64,000 nucleotides of DNA from Octopus vulgaris (lineage: Eukaryota), in the NCBI GenBank assembly GCA_951406725.2, contig OX597815.1, positions 30,318,001 to 30,382,000 of the forward strand. The letters run 5' to 3'. The position numbers and the translations under genes were made by a program. Positions 13,684-25,817 of this stretch are shown here, piece after piece. The notes below the pieces were generated by a model that saw only the letters and a list, made by a program, of their open reading frames with translations, did no database searches and was not told the origin of the DNA. Within the stretch, counting starts at the first letter, position 1, and each line of letters starts with the position of its first letter.

Positions 13684-14720
13684 CAGGATCTTCGGGGTAA
13701 ATTTAGGATTTTTTATGACTTCTTTCTTTTTTTTCAGCTCAGCTGCGTTGGAGAGCATAAAGATCAAAGTTTTAGTTCAGAAAGAGTCAGCTGACATGCA
13801 AAACTAAAAGTCATGTGCATATTGGAAAACAGTTGCATGCTTCATGATGATTCGCGCCGGAAATCAAAATGGCGACAACATGACTGCTACAAAATGCTCC
13901 CTGAACACTGTAAAGGCTGTAAGGCATGATATGAACCGCTACACATGGTCTTCGTGCAACGGAGACCACGAAGCCTTGCCTAGTAAGAAGGGACACAGCA
14001 GACGTTCTGACTGTGCTCGCGCACCGGAATCCATCGATCAACTGCTGAACAGGGACTTAAGTTCAATTCAGATGACTACGTGAAAGTCCCTAGAGACTGC
14101 TTTCAATCCATTGTCTGAAAGGGTTGTCGCTGGTGGTCATATTTGTGGCAGAGGGATTTGACTCTTTGGCATAACACCAGAAAAAATCAGAAGTGGTCGT
14201 CGGAAAATTTCTACGACCTCACCAGCACCAATTTCTGGCATCCTGATTTTCCCAATTGTAATCCATGGATTACTATGTGTGAATCGCGATTGAGAAAGAT
14301 ACCAAAACTTCTGTTTGCAACATCAAGGCCTGGACGGTGGCCAGGATGAACAAGGTGTTTGGAAATCTTCCCGGGGGTACGGTGAGGAACACATGCACCA
14401 GGTTCTGGAGCCGTCTTGAGGCCGCGGTGGAAGTTGAGCGCGGTTACTTTGAACAAACTGTCATCTCCCGGCCAGAATCTAAATGAAATTTTTGATTTTT
14501 AAAAATACTTTAATTTTTGGATGAGATATTATTTGCAACAAGCAAAGTAACTAGTGCTAAAATCTCTATAAGAAATGAAAGCAGTAACAAATACTCAAAA
14601 ATAATGTTTTTTTGCCATTTCAACATAGCTGTTCCGTACGGAACAGCCACGTTGAAGTGGCAACAAACATTACTTGCTTTTCCTTTAACGTAAATCGTTA
14701 AATTTATCCCAAACACCGTG
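13684..14720 (+). mobile_element. Decayed DD37D/maT-like Tc1/mariner DNA transposon with degenerate TIRs
   Basis: QRDLTLWHNTRKNQKWSSENFYDLTSTNFWHPDFPNCNP resembles QQDSAP.H..W...WPP.SPD.NP.D. Ends TA|caggatcttcggggtaaattta and taaatttatcccaaacaccgtg are imperfect inverted repeats. Confidence 0.75.
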
Positions 14721-15529
14721 TTGATTCAGCAAAATCACTATCGGAATTAGGCATTATTATTCGAAGATTTGGAAGCTTAAATATAAGGTAAACATTCTCA
14801 AATGCAGATAATTATTTCTAAATGTAGATTTATCAGGTATTTCTTGTTTTCACATCGTTAAAGAGAACAAAGCTGTTCGATAGATGCTTGTCTTCTGTTA
14901 ATCACATATTTTAATTATCATCCAGACATTTTCATATTATGAGCAGGTCATTAAAAAGTGTGATTAGTATCATGCTTTCGCAAATGGATCTGAAATTTTA
15001 TGATGGGATCTATCTAGTTCTATAGGCAATCATTTATGCATTGATTCTCATTGTTTGTTATTCTTATTAGCTAGTTACATGTGAATAGGTAATGTTCACT
15101 TTCAAGAACCTGCAAGTTAGTCGGGTGGATAACGGTATTTAACAGAATATTCAGAAGGGTATGCTTATGATCAATAATACATAAAACGTTCCGGGTATTA
15201 CTGTCATCCATAATTATATAAGGTAAATTCAACTATCATCATCAACTACTTTGTACAGTATATAAATGTGTCTCATTTTTGAAAAATTTTCAGTCACTTT
15301 CATTATATAACATGCAAACTACGTAACATAACATGACCTCTTGAATGTAAAACATTCATTGATGATTGGTGTTGAATATATTTTAAACAAAGTTTTTACA
15401 TAATAGAGCACGAAAATCTTTTCGGAAGATTAATATTACTCCTTATTTTGTTTATATTTTTAGGTTTAATTGAAGGAAATATGTGACCTAACGAACTTCG
15501 TATATTCTTCGGGCCAGTGACATCGATGA

Positions 15530-15720
15530 AGTTATCACTTCCATTGAAAAGTTGGAAGTTGACGGCTGGAAGGAAAACATGAACTGGGAGAGAATTCCAG
15601 ATCAAAAATCGTTTTGGGAATAAAAAAAATGCTAAACTCGATTCGTGCGTGGCTTTGTGGGAGGAAGCATTCCGGTGATGAGAAGAGAAATGAATGCACA
15701 AGGTGGACCTAAGTGAGGTA
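15530..15720 (-). mobile_element. CR1/L2-like LINE 3' remnant
   Basis: Translation FFLFPKRFLIWNSLPVHVFLPAVNFQLF matches the WN.LP..VF C-terminal motif of CR1/L2-group ORF2. Confidence 0.55.
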
Positions 15721-15904
15721 GTACAAGAGCAGATATCACTCTAGTATCAATAGAAAAATTAGAAAGAATGAACAGTGTCAGTCCAATCTTCCGGAATATT
15801 CTTTATGCTCACATTTTACTCTTATCAAAGATTACTCATACCTGCAAAAGAAGATCTGGAGGTCTTTGTATGAGTGACAAGAATTAATTTAAATTAATTC
15901 GTAA

Positions 15905-16299
15905 TCTCTCTCTCTATATATATAAAGCTGCATTTGTCTGTGTATGGCAGGTTCGGTAGCCTTCAACTAACACTATCTTCTCTGAGACCCTGCGGCGCAA
16001 GTTGACCAAAATTGAGAGTATGATGGAAGAAGGCTTGCTCTTCATTCCGTAGAAAAAAATTCAAATCGAATCATGTTAACGCCAAAAATTATTTACCTCA
16101 AAAAGGTGCTTTTTTTCTATGAAAATCCCTATTTTTTACGATTTTTTGACTGCTGTATCGTCACTTTTCGGTGTATTTCAACCAGCAAAATGTTCACTTA
16201 AAGAGAATAACAAGCTACATAATGCAAAGGTTTTAGTTTCAAAAATTTCAATTCTAAAGGGTCTAAACAAAACCGAGCAACGCCGGGCGATACTGCTAG
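15905..16299 (+). mobile_element. Non-autonomous Helitron
   Basis: 5' end A|TCTCTC..TATATATATAAAG. 3' hairpin-like ccgagcaacgccggg followed by CTAG|T at 16296-16300. No TSD. Confidence 0.8.
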
Positions 16300-17786
16300 T
16301 TAGGAATAAAAATATCATCTTTGAGAATAATGATCTTATATTAGCAAGTCTATTCGATAAAGCATTTTCTTCAATAAAGCATTTTAGTGTATTATTGTGT
16401 ATCATATTCGTCCTGTCAAGCAGAACTCTAGATACTTTTACTCTTCATGGCTTTCACTGTCTTCAACTCTTGAAATTAATTTATCAATACCCTCGTACAT
16501 CAGCTACGGTTTGCACCAATTCAAGGACACGAAAACATTTAATTTTTTAAAATTAGAATCCAAAATAGTGTGATACTTTCGATCGCTGATTACCTCCAGG
16601 CACGACACATATGGTGCTTTTGCTCTTCGGAAGTAAAGAAAATTAAATAAAGGCTTTAAATATCTAAGAAATCAATACAATTCCTCGGGGTTTTTTTGCA
16701 TTAGTTTATGTTAGTTTATGTTTTTCTTTATGCGTGTATTCGTGTAATATATTGGAATAATATGTTCACCAGACTGTATAGTCTGTCGGGAAGAGGTGAA
16801 ATCGAACTTACCTTACCACACCTGGTTTTCATTTTTTTTATGTGTTATGATTTGTTGTTCTCTAATATTGGTGATTTATAGCTATTTCCGACATATATAG
16901 ATATAAGAAAAAAGACATTTATTAATACTCACAGATTCACAGAAATCACATTTTATACTATGAAAAATAATACAAAAAGACAAATGCAACTCTTTATATA
17001 TGGAGATTTGTACAGTCCTATCTCAGTACACAATACATCAATATAACACTTACCTGCAGATACATAATAACAAAAATACACATAATGAATGTGTACTCAC
17101 TTTCTCGAAGACTGGCACACATGCATACACTCACAAACATACAAAGTATTTTATTTGTTTATACTTAATATGTGGAAAAGAAAAATACGCCGACACATGC
17201 AGTTACATATATACGTAGAAGTGATAACATCTACACACAAGGGAACATGGCATAACACAATACATATAGTCCACATACACGCACGCAAACACACACACAA
17301 AACAAGCACAGAAGAAGTGAAGAATACGTACACATCTTAATAAAATGTATAATTGCACTCAACATAAGCACACAAACCGCAAAACCAAGGGCGTAAACAA
17401 AGATAAACACAGGAAGACATTTAAAATAGTCTCGAGAAAGATAGGTAAACAGATTGAACCAGAAAGAGATACAGATGAAGAGAAATTGACAAAAGGAGAC
17501 AGACAGAGACGGGAGTGGGGTAAAGAAGATTATTTGGGGAAAGAAGTAATTCAATTTTCCGTGAAAAAAAAAAACTACATAAATCTATCAACAGAGATTC
17601 AAAATATTTGGAGATAACTGGCAGGTTATCGACATAAACTGTACTGGCTAAGGAGATTAATCTAACTTCAGGCTAAACTATATATATAATATACATACTT
17701 TACCAAGTGCATGTGCAAACATATACCCACGCATAAGAGCTAAAATACGCCATAACGCCTTCAAATATGAATGCATGTATATACAT

Positions 17787-17823
<37 letters not shown>

Positions 17824-17885
17824 CATACATGCATACATACATACATACATACATATGTACATATATATACATATATATATATATA

Positions 17886-17933
<48 letters not shown>

Positions 17934-18585
17934 CACATATGTATATGTGCGTGTGTATGTGTCTACTAGTGTATAAATATATATATATATATGTCTAGAT
18001 GTATATATATCTATGTGTGTTAACTTGTATAAAGATACAGAATTTTATATATAGCAACATATTAAAGTACGACATATAAACATGACTATGTGTGTACAAA
18101 TGTGTGTGTAAATGTGTGTGTGTTTACACACACGCACATTTGTGTGTAGACAGGCATGTTTATATATAGCTCTGTTTAAAATGTTATATCTACTTATATA
18201 CGAACACTCACATGCATCGCACATATACAGATGCACATACATACAGAAATACACGCACACATTTCTGTATATAAGTTTGCTGGCTTAAATGTTTTCAGAA
18301 ATACTCACTGACTGAAGAATTTAAACAGAGTGGCTATTGATTGTGTCCTCACTGACCAGTATGCTAGAAATATTTCGGAATTGGTGCATGGAAGCTTTCT
18401 TGAATATTGTCGACAAAAGTAAACAAAAACAGCATATACATGGAGTTCATCAGTACCATTTAAGAGTTATGGCACTGAGAAACATCTCTACAATATATAA
18501 CTCTTGATGCTGAAGTTGTCGAAGACTAAAATAAATTTGTTATTCAGAAATTAAGGCAAAGAAAATGTTTAGCATGACTTCTAAT

Positions 18586-19220
18586 ATATGTTTCTTTATT
18601 AGCCACACAGGGCTGAACACAGATGGGCCAAATTACAAAGTAGAGCTTTTCTTTTTGGGGAGAAAAAAAGGAAAATGAAAATAAAAATGAAAAATAAAAG
18701 GGGAGTAGGTTTTCGATTAAAAGGGATCGTAAAAGGAGAAAAAAGAAGAAAAAAACGGTCAACAGGGATCGTGTATCACAGAAATGTCATGATGTAAAGT
18801 GTAAAGAGGGAAGCAGATAAGGTTTATCCGTGGAAAGAAAAGCCTACAGAAAATACCACGGTAACCTCGGTCAATAATGTCACATGTTAACACATTTATT
18901 TGCAAGTGAATAACTCTCTGTTTAAAATTTTTCCGGGTTCATAGGATTATGCTCAAGGTGGCTTCGTCATTCATACATGCCATCCTTGCTACATTCAACT
19001 ATCTTTTTTTGAAACATTCGCTAGACAAAACTTGTCTCTCTACTCTCACTTTCCTTTTCAATTGATACTTGAAGAAGTTGATGAGAGATTGACCAGAGAG
19101 GAAAGTGTTTGTCTCTAATCTTTTCAGACGCGTCCACCAGATACATTCTTTCGCCATAGCCATAAGGATGATGAAAATAGCTCTTCACCAACAGAATTAT
19201 ACTGGAGATTGACTGAAATA
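18586..19220 (-). mobile_element. 3' end of a Tx1/L1-like LINE (ORF2 C-terminus + 3' UTR)
   Basis: Translation AIFIILMAMAKECIWWTRLKRL..LINFFKYQLKRKVRVERQVLSSECFKKR*LN. The 3' UTR ends ..gccctgtgtggctAATAAAgaaac. Second UTR copy at 42415-42672. Clade assignment is inference. Confidence 0.6.
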
Positions 19221-19792
19221 TGTTAGCAAAGTACTAGAAAAGTAACGCAATGTCTGGTTGTTTGCAGTTTGTAATATATTGGTTTGCTATTGTTTATATT
19301 TGAGATTGATTCAATCGTGTCAGTATAGTACAATATAGTATAATATAGTAGTGTAGTATAGTACAGTATAGTATAATATAGTATAGAAGTAACAGTTTGG
19401 TTGATGATTCGCATTCTGTAACATAATTCATTGTATACGTGGCTAGCGTGCAGCGATCACGGTGTTACACTCATAATCATAAGATTTATGGTTTTGATTC
19501 CTTGAAAGAGTGATGCATTATGTTCTTGAACAAAACACTTCATTAAATGTTGTTCCAATCCACTCAGCTGGCAAAAATGAGTAATCCTGCACAGAACTAG
19601 CATCCCGTGCAGTGAGGGAATGTATAAACCACGGAATTCGAGAAACCAGGCTTATGAGTCAACGGCTCGGGAAGGACTTTTGATTCTTTTCATGTGTGGT
19701 TATAACATTTCGCGATAAGTCAACAAGGGTCCCTCTATGTAGTCTCTCAACTTGTTTGAAAAGTTTAACACATCTGCCTCACACTACAAATT

Positions 19793-20120
19793 ACCTACTT
19801 TGCAAATGAAACTTTGGATTACGTTGACTAAGGTTCATAGTTCTTGAAAAACAAGATCATGGCGAGATATATTACATATAAGTTTGTTCAATCAGAGCTG
19901 AGCTACAACTTAAACAATAACATCAACTGCAAGGATAACCTAAATCTAATCTGCCATTTCCTCTCCCCTGCTTCAAATCACACAGTACCTATTTGCAAAA
20001 AAAAAACAACTTTGGATTATGTTGACCAAGGTTCATTGATCTTGAAGATCAAGATCATGGCGAGATAAATTTCATATAAGTTTGCGCAGCCAGAGCTGAG
20101 TTAGAACTTAATAACACCAA
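19793..20120. repeat. Diverged tandem duplication, period ~190 bp
   Basis: actttggattaYgttgacYaaggttcat..caagatcatggcgagata..catataagtttg..cagagctgag occurs at ~19810 and ~20008. Confidence 0.85.
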
Positions 20121-20389
20121 GAAGCAGTATTACCCACTTCTAGTTTGCTGATTCCTCTCGACTAACTGCACTTATTATTTGAAGTATGTCTGGCTTAACC
20201 ATCAATCTTCCCTGTGCAGTGAGTGTATATGTATGATGTAGAAGCAGTATGGCTGAATGCTTAAATAGTTCGATTGGCAACTGGGAGCTCCAGACGACAG
20301 ATGAGAATTCCGGATTTTCTCTCCTCCTCTCTCTCCTTCTCTCCCCCTCTCTCTCCTTCTCTCCCCTTCTCTCTCTACATATATATATA

Positions 20390-20453
<64 letters not shown>

Positions 20454-21068
20454 TGCGCAATCACTGAGACACATGTACATGTATACTTATAGATATATGC
20501 ATATATATATTTACAAATATATGTAGTGTCGAATTTTGGCAGTGTGTGTGTCTGTGAGTGCGCAGTATGTATATTTAACATACACATACATATATACATG
20601 CATTCTCACGTTCATCCGTAAATGCATTCATACATGCATATGCGTGCGCATACATGTACAAATACATGTACATGCACATACATGCGTGCAGGCGCACACG
20701 CACTTACAGAATCACATGCATGCGCGCATACAGGTACATAGTATACATATACACATACATACACTCACTCATATATATTTGTATATACATATGCACGTAC
20801 GCATAACCACACATGTGTTTATGTTATACACACACACACACACACAAATATATATATATATGGATGTTATGAGAGGTAATAGTGTTAATAGGACCCAAAG
20901 GTGTCAGGTAATGCGGTATTGGAATCTTATATGTATACCGTTTTGCCTAAATAATGGATCTACAGATGCAATATCCCTGCATATCTCACTTCTATTTTCA
21001 TTCCTCCACTTCACTCTCTATTTCCTATCTTATCTAAAATAACTATTGCTTAACCATCTTCTCACACC

Positions 21069-21116
21069 GTTTCCGAAGAAGGGATATATAAAATATCCCG
21101 GAAACAGGTGTAAGAC
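21069..21116 (+). ncRNA. Near-intact type I hammerhead ribozyme remnant
   Basis: gttt-CCGAAGA-a-GGGATAT-ataa-a-TATCCC-g-GAAAC-aggtGTA-agac. Perfect 7-bp stem II GGGATAT/ATATCCC, stem I gttt/agac, GUA site. One core substitution (CUG>CCG). Confidence 0.6.
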
Positions 21117-21217
21117 ATTCTATTTATAAATGATCTAAAATCTTATAGACCATTGAATTTTTATCTCATTCTGAAAATTTATATACGTGTGTGTATGTTA
21201 TATATATATATATATAT

Positions 21218-21250
<33 letters not shown>

Positions 21251-21258
21251 CACACACT

Positions 21259-21324
<66 letters not shown>

Positions 21325-22016
21325 ATATATAACACACAAATGCACATGCACATAACGTATACATACACAAAGAGGAACATATACAAATATATATATGTAT
21401 ATATAATATGTATCAATATTTATACATGCCTGCGTAGACATACATAAGTTTATAAACAAAATATAGATACACCTATGTGCCTACGCGCAGATACACTTAT
21501 AGATACCTGTTACAGGTTAAGCAAGTCAACAAACCTTGAATGCAAAATGTGGAATGGTATGAAGAATATAATAAAAATCAAGAAAATTTAACAAAAATAT
21601 GAAGTAACTCGGAAAAAGTAAATAAAAATAATAAGTAAATCATATATATAAATTCAAGAGAAAAATATAATAAAAATCACAATCTACCCGAGTTTGAATG
21701 CCATCTTATTTTTATCTTTCATTTTTACGAGTTCAAATTTTTTATAATGTTTAAGTATATCATATTTTTTATTTCATCATATCTTTTAAAATTTTCCCAA
21801 TTTTTTCTATTTACTAAATTTTCTCCATATTTTTACAACCTCCTTTTTTGTATTCGAAGTTTTCTGACTTGGCATATTACGAACGTGTCTACAGGTGTGA
21901 GTGTAGGTATATGCGTGGTTGTGTGCATATAAGTAGGTGCATATATTTGTATGTACGGTAAGAAATATTTTTATAGATATATATATATATATATATATGT
22001 GTGTGTATGTGTGTGT

Positions 22017-22060
<44 letters not shown>

Positions 22061-22127
22061 GTATGTATATATATACACACATATATATATATACAGAGAG
22101 AGAGAGTGAGAAAGAGAGAGAGAAGTC

Positions 22128-22274
22128 ACAGGTGTGGCTGTGTGTTAAGACGTTTGCTTCCCAACCAATGGTTCCGGGATCAGTCCCACTGCGCGGCAAC
22201 TTGGGCAAGTGTCTCAGGTCGACCAAAGCCTTGTGAATGAATTTGGTAGACGGAAACTCAAAGAAGACGGTCGT
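22128..22274 (+). mobile_element. SINE family B, 5' part
   Basis: gtggctgtgtg..ggttccgggatcagtcccactgcg..ttgggcaagtgtct matches full copies at 52866 and 57000. Confidence 0.85.
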
Positions 22275-23444
22275 TAAATAATGTTAGAACATGGTCTGGT
22301 CTTCACGTTGTTATTATATTACTAGCTGGCCCTGTGACGTCAAAAATAATGGCTAACTGTAGTATTTTATATATAAATAAGGATGGTAAGTCGAATTTAA
22401 TACACTTGTCAATTCTGATATACATTCACATACTTCCCTTGTACACACATACATATACACACGTATACACAGACAAAGTTGAAATGCTATTTGATTTTTC
22501 TTTTCAGCGTAGAATGTGCACCATCCCATCAGTTTTCCATCACCCCTTCCTTCATTATTCATCTATCACACCTTCTTTTCACATTTATATGTTGTGAAGG
22601 GGAAATCACAAGAATATTATTATAGTAGATTTTTAAAATATGTTTTACTATGTTGAAGTGTGTTAAATATTAAAAGAATATTTTGTAATGTTAATAAAGT
22701 GCAATTATCGCTTTCATACGTTCGTAGTAATCATCAGATTTTAAAATGTATTAAACTGATAGGTTGCAAAACGCACTTTTACTGTTCCACACCTCATTCC
22801 TCTAGTAAAGAATGTTACGTTGTTCATTATTTCCTGGAGACAATTTTCAATTGCCTCCTCACTTGCTATTTCTATTTTTTATTTGTTTTCAGTGACATGG
22901 TTCTGTATCTTACTATTTTTTGTCGTTGTTCATTGGTAATATCTGCCGGTGGCGTCCCTCCGTCTATATAAACTGTTTGCTATCCTCTAATGCGCGTTCG
23001 TCTACCACCACCTCCTCAATTTCGTGGTAGCGTTCTTTTGCTGGTTGTCTGCCGAAGCGTAAATCCCGGCTGTAGCAGGCTCGGGCATCTGCATCCTTTC
23101 ACTCATTTTCGCCCCTAATGGGGGAAAACAACAAAAAATATTACGGGCCGTAGGCGAAACAACAATTCGAACACTCGGCACTAAGCCTTCAAACGAAGCA
23201 AAAAGCGTAGCTCGGTAAAAAAACAAAGCAAGAGCGTACTTTCGTCGACTGATCCTACTGACTGTGTCAGCCCACTACACAGTAGTAGTGGACCAGCCCA
23301 CTTCTCGCCTGGGGGCATCCACCACAACAGAAACCTTCCCTCGTAATTTCTGGCCTTGTGCCAAATTTTGAAATCAATATATGAAGACATTTTAGAGACG
23401 CTTCCGCCTTCATCTTTTTTTATAAATAATATATTGTTGACAGC

Positions 23445-23660
23445 TAGCTTTGAGTTTAGCTGGACATGCTCGCGGTCATTCAGAGTTCCAGTGGGAGCCC
23501 CTGCACAGACTCACTAGAAGAAGGAGACCGAATATTGCATATGTTGATACATTAACGACATACACTAGTCTCTGGGAGACACAGGGCATAGCGGCGATGA
23601 TGAGAGACAAAGATCTCTGGATCGTCCATGGACCTCGGGATTTTACCCGCCCAAGATAGA
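23445..23660 (+). mobile_element. RTE-clade LINE ORF2 3' remnant
   Basis: LAGHAR..WEPLHRLTRRRRPNIAYVDTL..AMMRDKDLW matches the RTE-type C-terminal GH..R..W.P...R.RGRP...D...DR..W pattern. Confidence 0.7.
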
Positions 23661-23701
23661 TAAACAGCTATCAATAAGTTTCATTTACTATCTCCGGTAT
23701 A

Positions 23702-23979
23702 TGAGGTCACGAATTCCCGTCCAAGAATGCGACTGGCTGCGAGTATGCATCATTGAAAAAGCTCAAAAAAGACGAAATGCATTTGAGTTTTCGCAATCCA
23801 CCATTCAAGCGACTATTTGTCTCCCTCTAATTTCTGTTTTAAATACAGCACATCCATAACGAACGTTACCTCAGGACGAAATTGACCTGTCAATGGTATA
23901 TATATATATCATCATCATCGTTTAGCATCCGTTTTCCATGCTAGCATGGGTTGGACGGTTCAACTGGGGTCTGTGAAGC
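23702..23979. repeat. Left arm of 278-bp inverted repeat (partner 26355-26632)
   Basis: Identical by eye to the reverse complement of 26355-26632, including the TA/CAT microsatellite length. Confidence 0.95.
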
Positions 23980-24059
23980 ATGGTTAACTGGAAAATGTCT
24001 ATCTATCAGTGCTAGGAAATATTTACCTATATTGAAGGCCACCTCATGCTTTCTGTGTT

Positions 24060-25817
24060 ATGTCCCAAGAAGAGGCCTTTATTACTATTAAAGACCACAA
24101 AGAAAACTTCCTTTCCAACCCTAAATGTAGGCTTATCAACCCAGCCAAGTCAGAACTAGGGATTATTAGCAAAGAAATTTTAGATAAAATAAATACGAAA
24201 ATTAAGACCGATACTAGGCTAGTGCAATGGTCCAATAGTATAGAAGTCGTAGACTGGTTTAAAGCTATTAAGAATAAGAAAAAAGCGAGGTTTACACAAT
24301 TCGATATTGTTGATTTTTATGCCTCTATCTCTAAAGAACTGCTAGATAAAGCCCTAATCTTCGCTAGTGACTTCATAGAAATTAGTACCAATGATAAGGA
24401 TATAATCTTCCTTGCTAGAAAGACATTACTTTTCAGTGAGAATGCAAAGTGGGTAAAAAACACCGACACGGAGGGCGCTTTCGATGTGAGCATGGGTTCA
24501 TATGATGGGGCAGGCATCTGTGATCTAATTGGACTCTTTCTCCTAGATACCTTCGGTAAGACATTCCCTAACGTACATTTCGCCATCTACAAAGATGATG
24601 CCCTCGCCTTAACAGCTAATACAAATGGACCAGCACAAGATCGTTTTAGGAAGGATATTATCCAGTTAATGAAACACTTCGGACTTAGTATAACTATAGA
24701 CACTAACCTGACGGTTGTCAATTTCTTAGACGTTTCCTTAGATCTTAATAATAATATTTATAAGCCTTATAGGAAGCCCAATGATAGACTAAGTTATATT
24801 AATGTAGGTTCATGCCATCCCCCTATAGTATTCAAAAATTTAGTTAAAAATATTAGTAAGAGGATTTCTAGCCTCTCATCTAATGAGGACATCTTCAATA
24901 GCGTTGCCCCAGTTTATAATAAAGCTTTAAAAGATAGTGGTTTTAGCGAAAAAATAAAATATACACCTATCACCAGCCCAACAATAAGGAAAAGGAATAA
25001 TAGAAATAGGAAGGTCATCTGGTTTACGCCCCCTTACTCACCCGAGGTGGCCTTCAATATAGGTAAATATTTCCTAGCACTGATAGATAGACATTTTCCA
25101 GTTAACCATGCTTATAGGAAACTCTTCAATAGACACAATTTAAAAATTAGTTTTAGTTCAACTACCAATTTTAAAAACATAATCAATCATAACATACAAA
25201 AAACACAAGAAGAAAACAGCTGTTCATGCAGGAATAAAGAATTGTGCCCGCTAAATGGAGCTTGCATGTCCAAGACCATCATATATGAAGCTACCGTAAA
25301 CTCTATAACCACTAAAGACACCGTTTCGACGAAGAAATACGTGGGCCTGACAGAGGGTAATTTCAAGGCCAGGTTCAATAACCACACTTTGAGCTTTAGG
25401 CACTGGAACAAAAGAAAAGCGACACAATTATCCAATCATATTTGGTCTTTAAGAGATAAAGGTGTCGATTATAACATACAATGGAAGATTTTGGCCAGAT
25501 GTAAGCCCTATACTAACGGCAGCGGAAGGTGCGGTTTATGCGACATGGAGAGATGGCTTATCTGGAAAAGCAGCTTAGACCCTACCACATGTCTAAATAC
25601 AAGGACAGAACTTTTCGGATCATGCCCACATGTGATAAATTTCTGTTACGTTTTTGGTCCCCTAAAGAAAACGGATAGAACATGCTTTCTGTGTTATGTC
25701 CCAAGAAGATTTTATATATTTTTATATATTTTTATATATTTTTATGTATTTTTATATAATTTTTATGACGAAAAATGCGAGCGATGTATAAGTACGCAGT
25801 GCAAAGCAGAGTTATAA
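24060..25817 (+). CDS. Penelope-like element (Naiad-like) RT + GIY-YIG endonuclease polyprotein, 5'-truncated
   Basis: 585-aa open frame. PLE RT motifs: KDHKENF..PKCRLINP, FDIVDFYASI, SMGSYDGAGICDL, YKDD, VNFLDV, YRKPN, SCHP. Linker RKVIWFTPPYS and Cys cluster CSCRNKELCPLNGAC. GIY-YIG domain: IIY..KYVGLTEGNFKARFNNH, LSNHIW, CGLC..ER, LNTRTE. The last ~45 codons run into low-complexity flank. Clade assignment is from recalled motifs. Confidence 0.93.
   Translation: MSQEEAFITIKDHKENFLSNPKCRLINPAKSELGIISKEILDKINTKIKTDTRLVQWSNSIEVVDWFKAIKNKKKARFTQFDIVDFYASISKELLDKALIFASDFIEISTNDKDIIFLARKTLLFSENAKWVKNTDTEGAFDVSMGSYDGAGICDLIGLFLLDTFGKTFPNVHFAIYKDDALALTANTNGPAQDRFRKDIIQLMKHFGLSITIDTNLTVVNFLDVSLDLNNNIYKPYRKPNDRLSYINVGSCHPPIVFKNLVKNISKRISSLSSNEDIFNSVAPVYNKALKDSGFSEKIKYTPITSPTIRKRNNRNRKVIWFTPPYSPEVAFNIGKYFLALIDRHFPVNHAYRKLFNRHNLKISFSSTTNFKNIINHNIQKTQEENSCSCRNKELCPLNGACMSKTIIYEATVNSITTKDTVSTKKYVGLTEGNFKARFNNHTLSFRHWNKRKATQLSNHIWSLRDKGVDYNIQWKILARCKPYTNGSGRCGLCDMERWLIWKSSLDPTTCLNTRTELFGSCPHVINFCYVFGPLKKTDRTCFLCYVPRRFYIFLYIFIYFYVFLYNFYDEKCERCISTQCKAEL

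Noticed and set aside
13532-13807. 91-aa ORF
   Set aside because: Runs across the left end of the DD37D transposon remnant; no recognisable domain.
23870-23897. GGACGAAA followed by ATTGAC/GTCAAT hairpin, resembling an HHR 3' half
   Set aside because: No CTGANGA or stem II partner upstream; the would-be cleavage triplet ends in G.
24060-25817. Selenocysteine recoding as reported for some Naiad elements; also bacterial retron/DGR or telomerase identity
   Set aside because: No in-frame TGA in the ORF and no SECIS recognised; the RT+GIY-YIG architecture and motifs are PLE-type.
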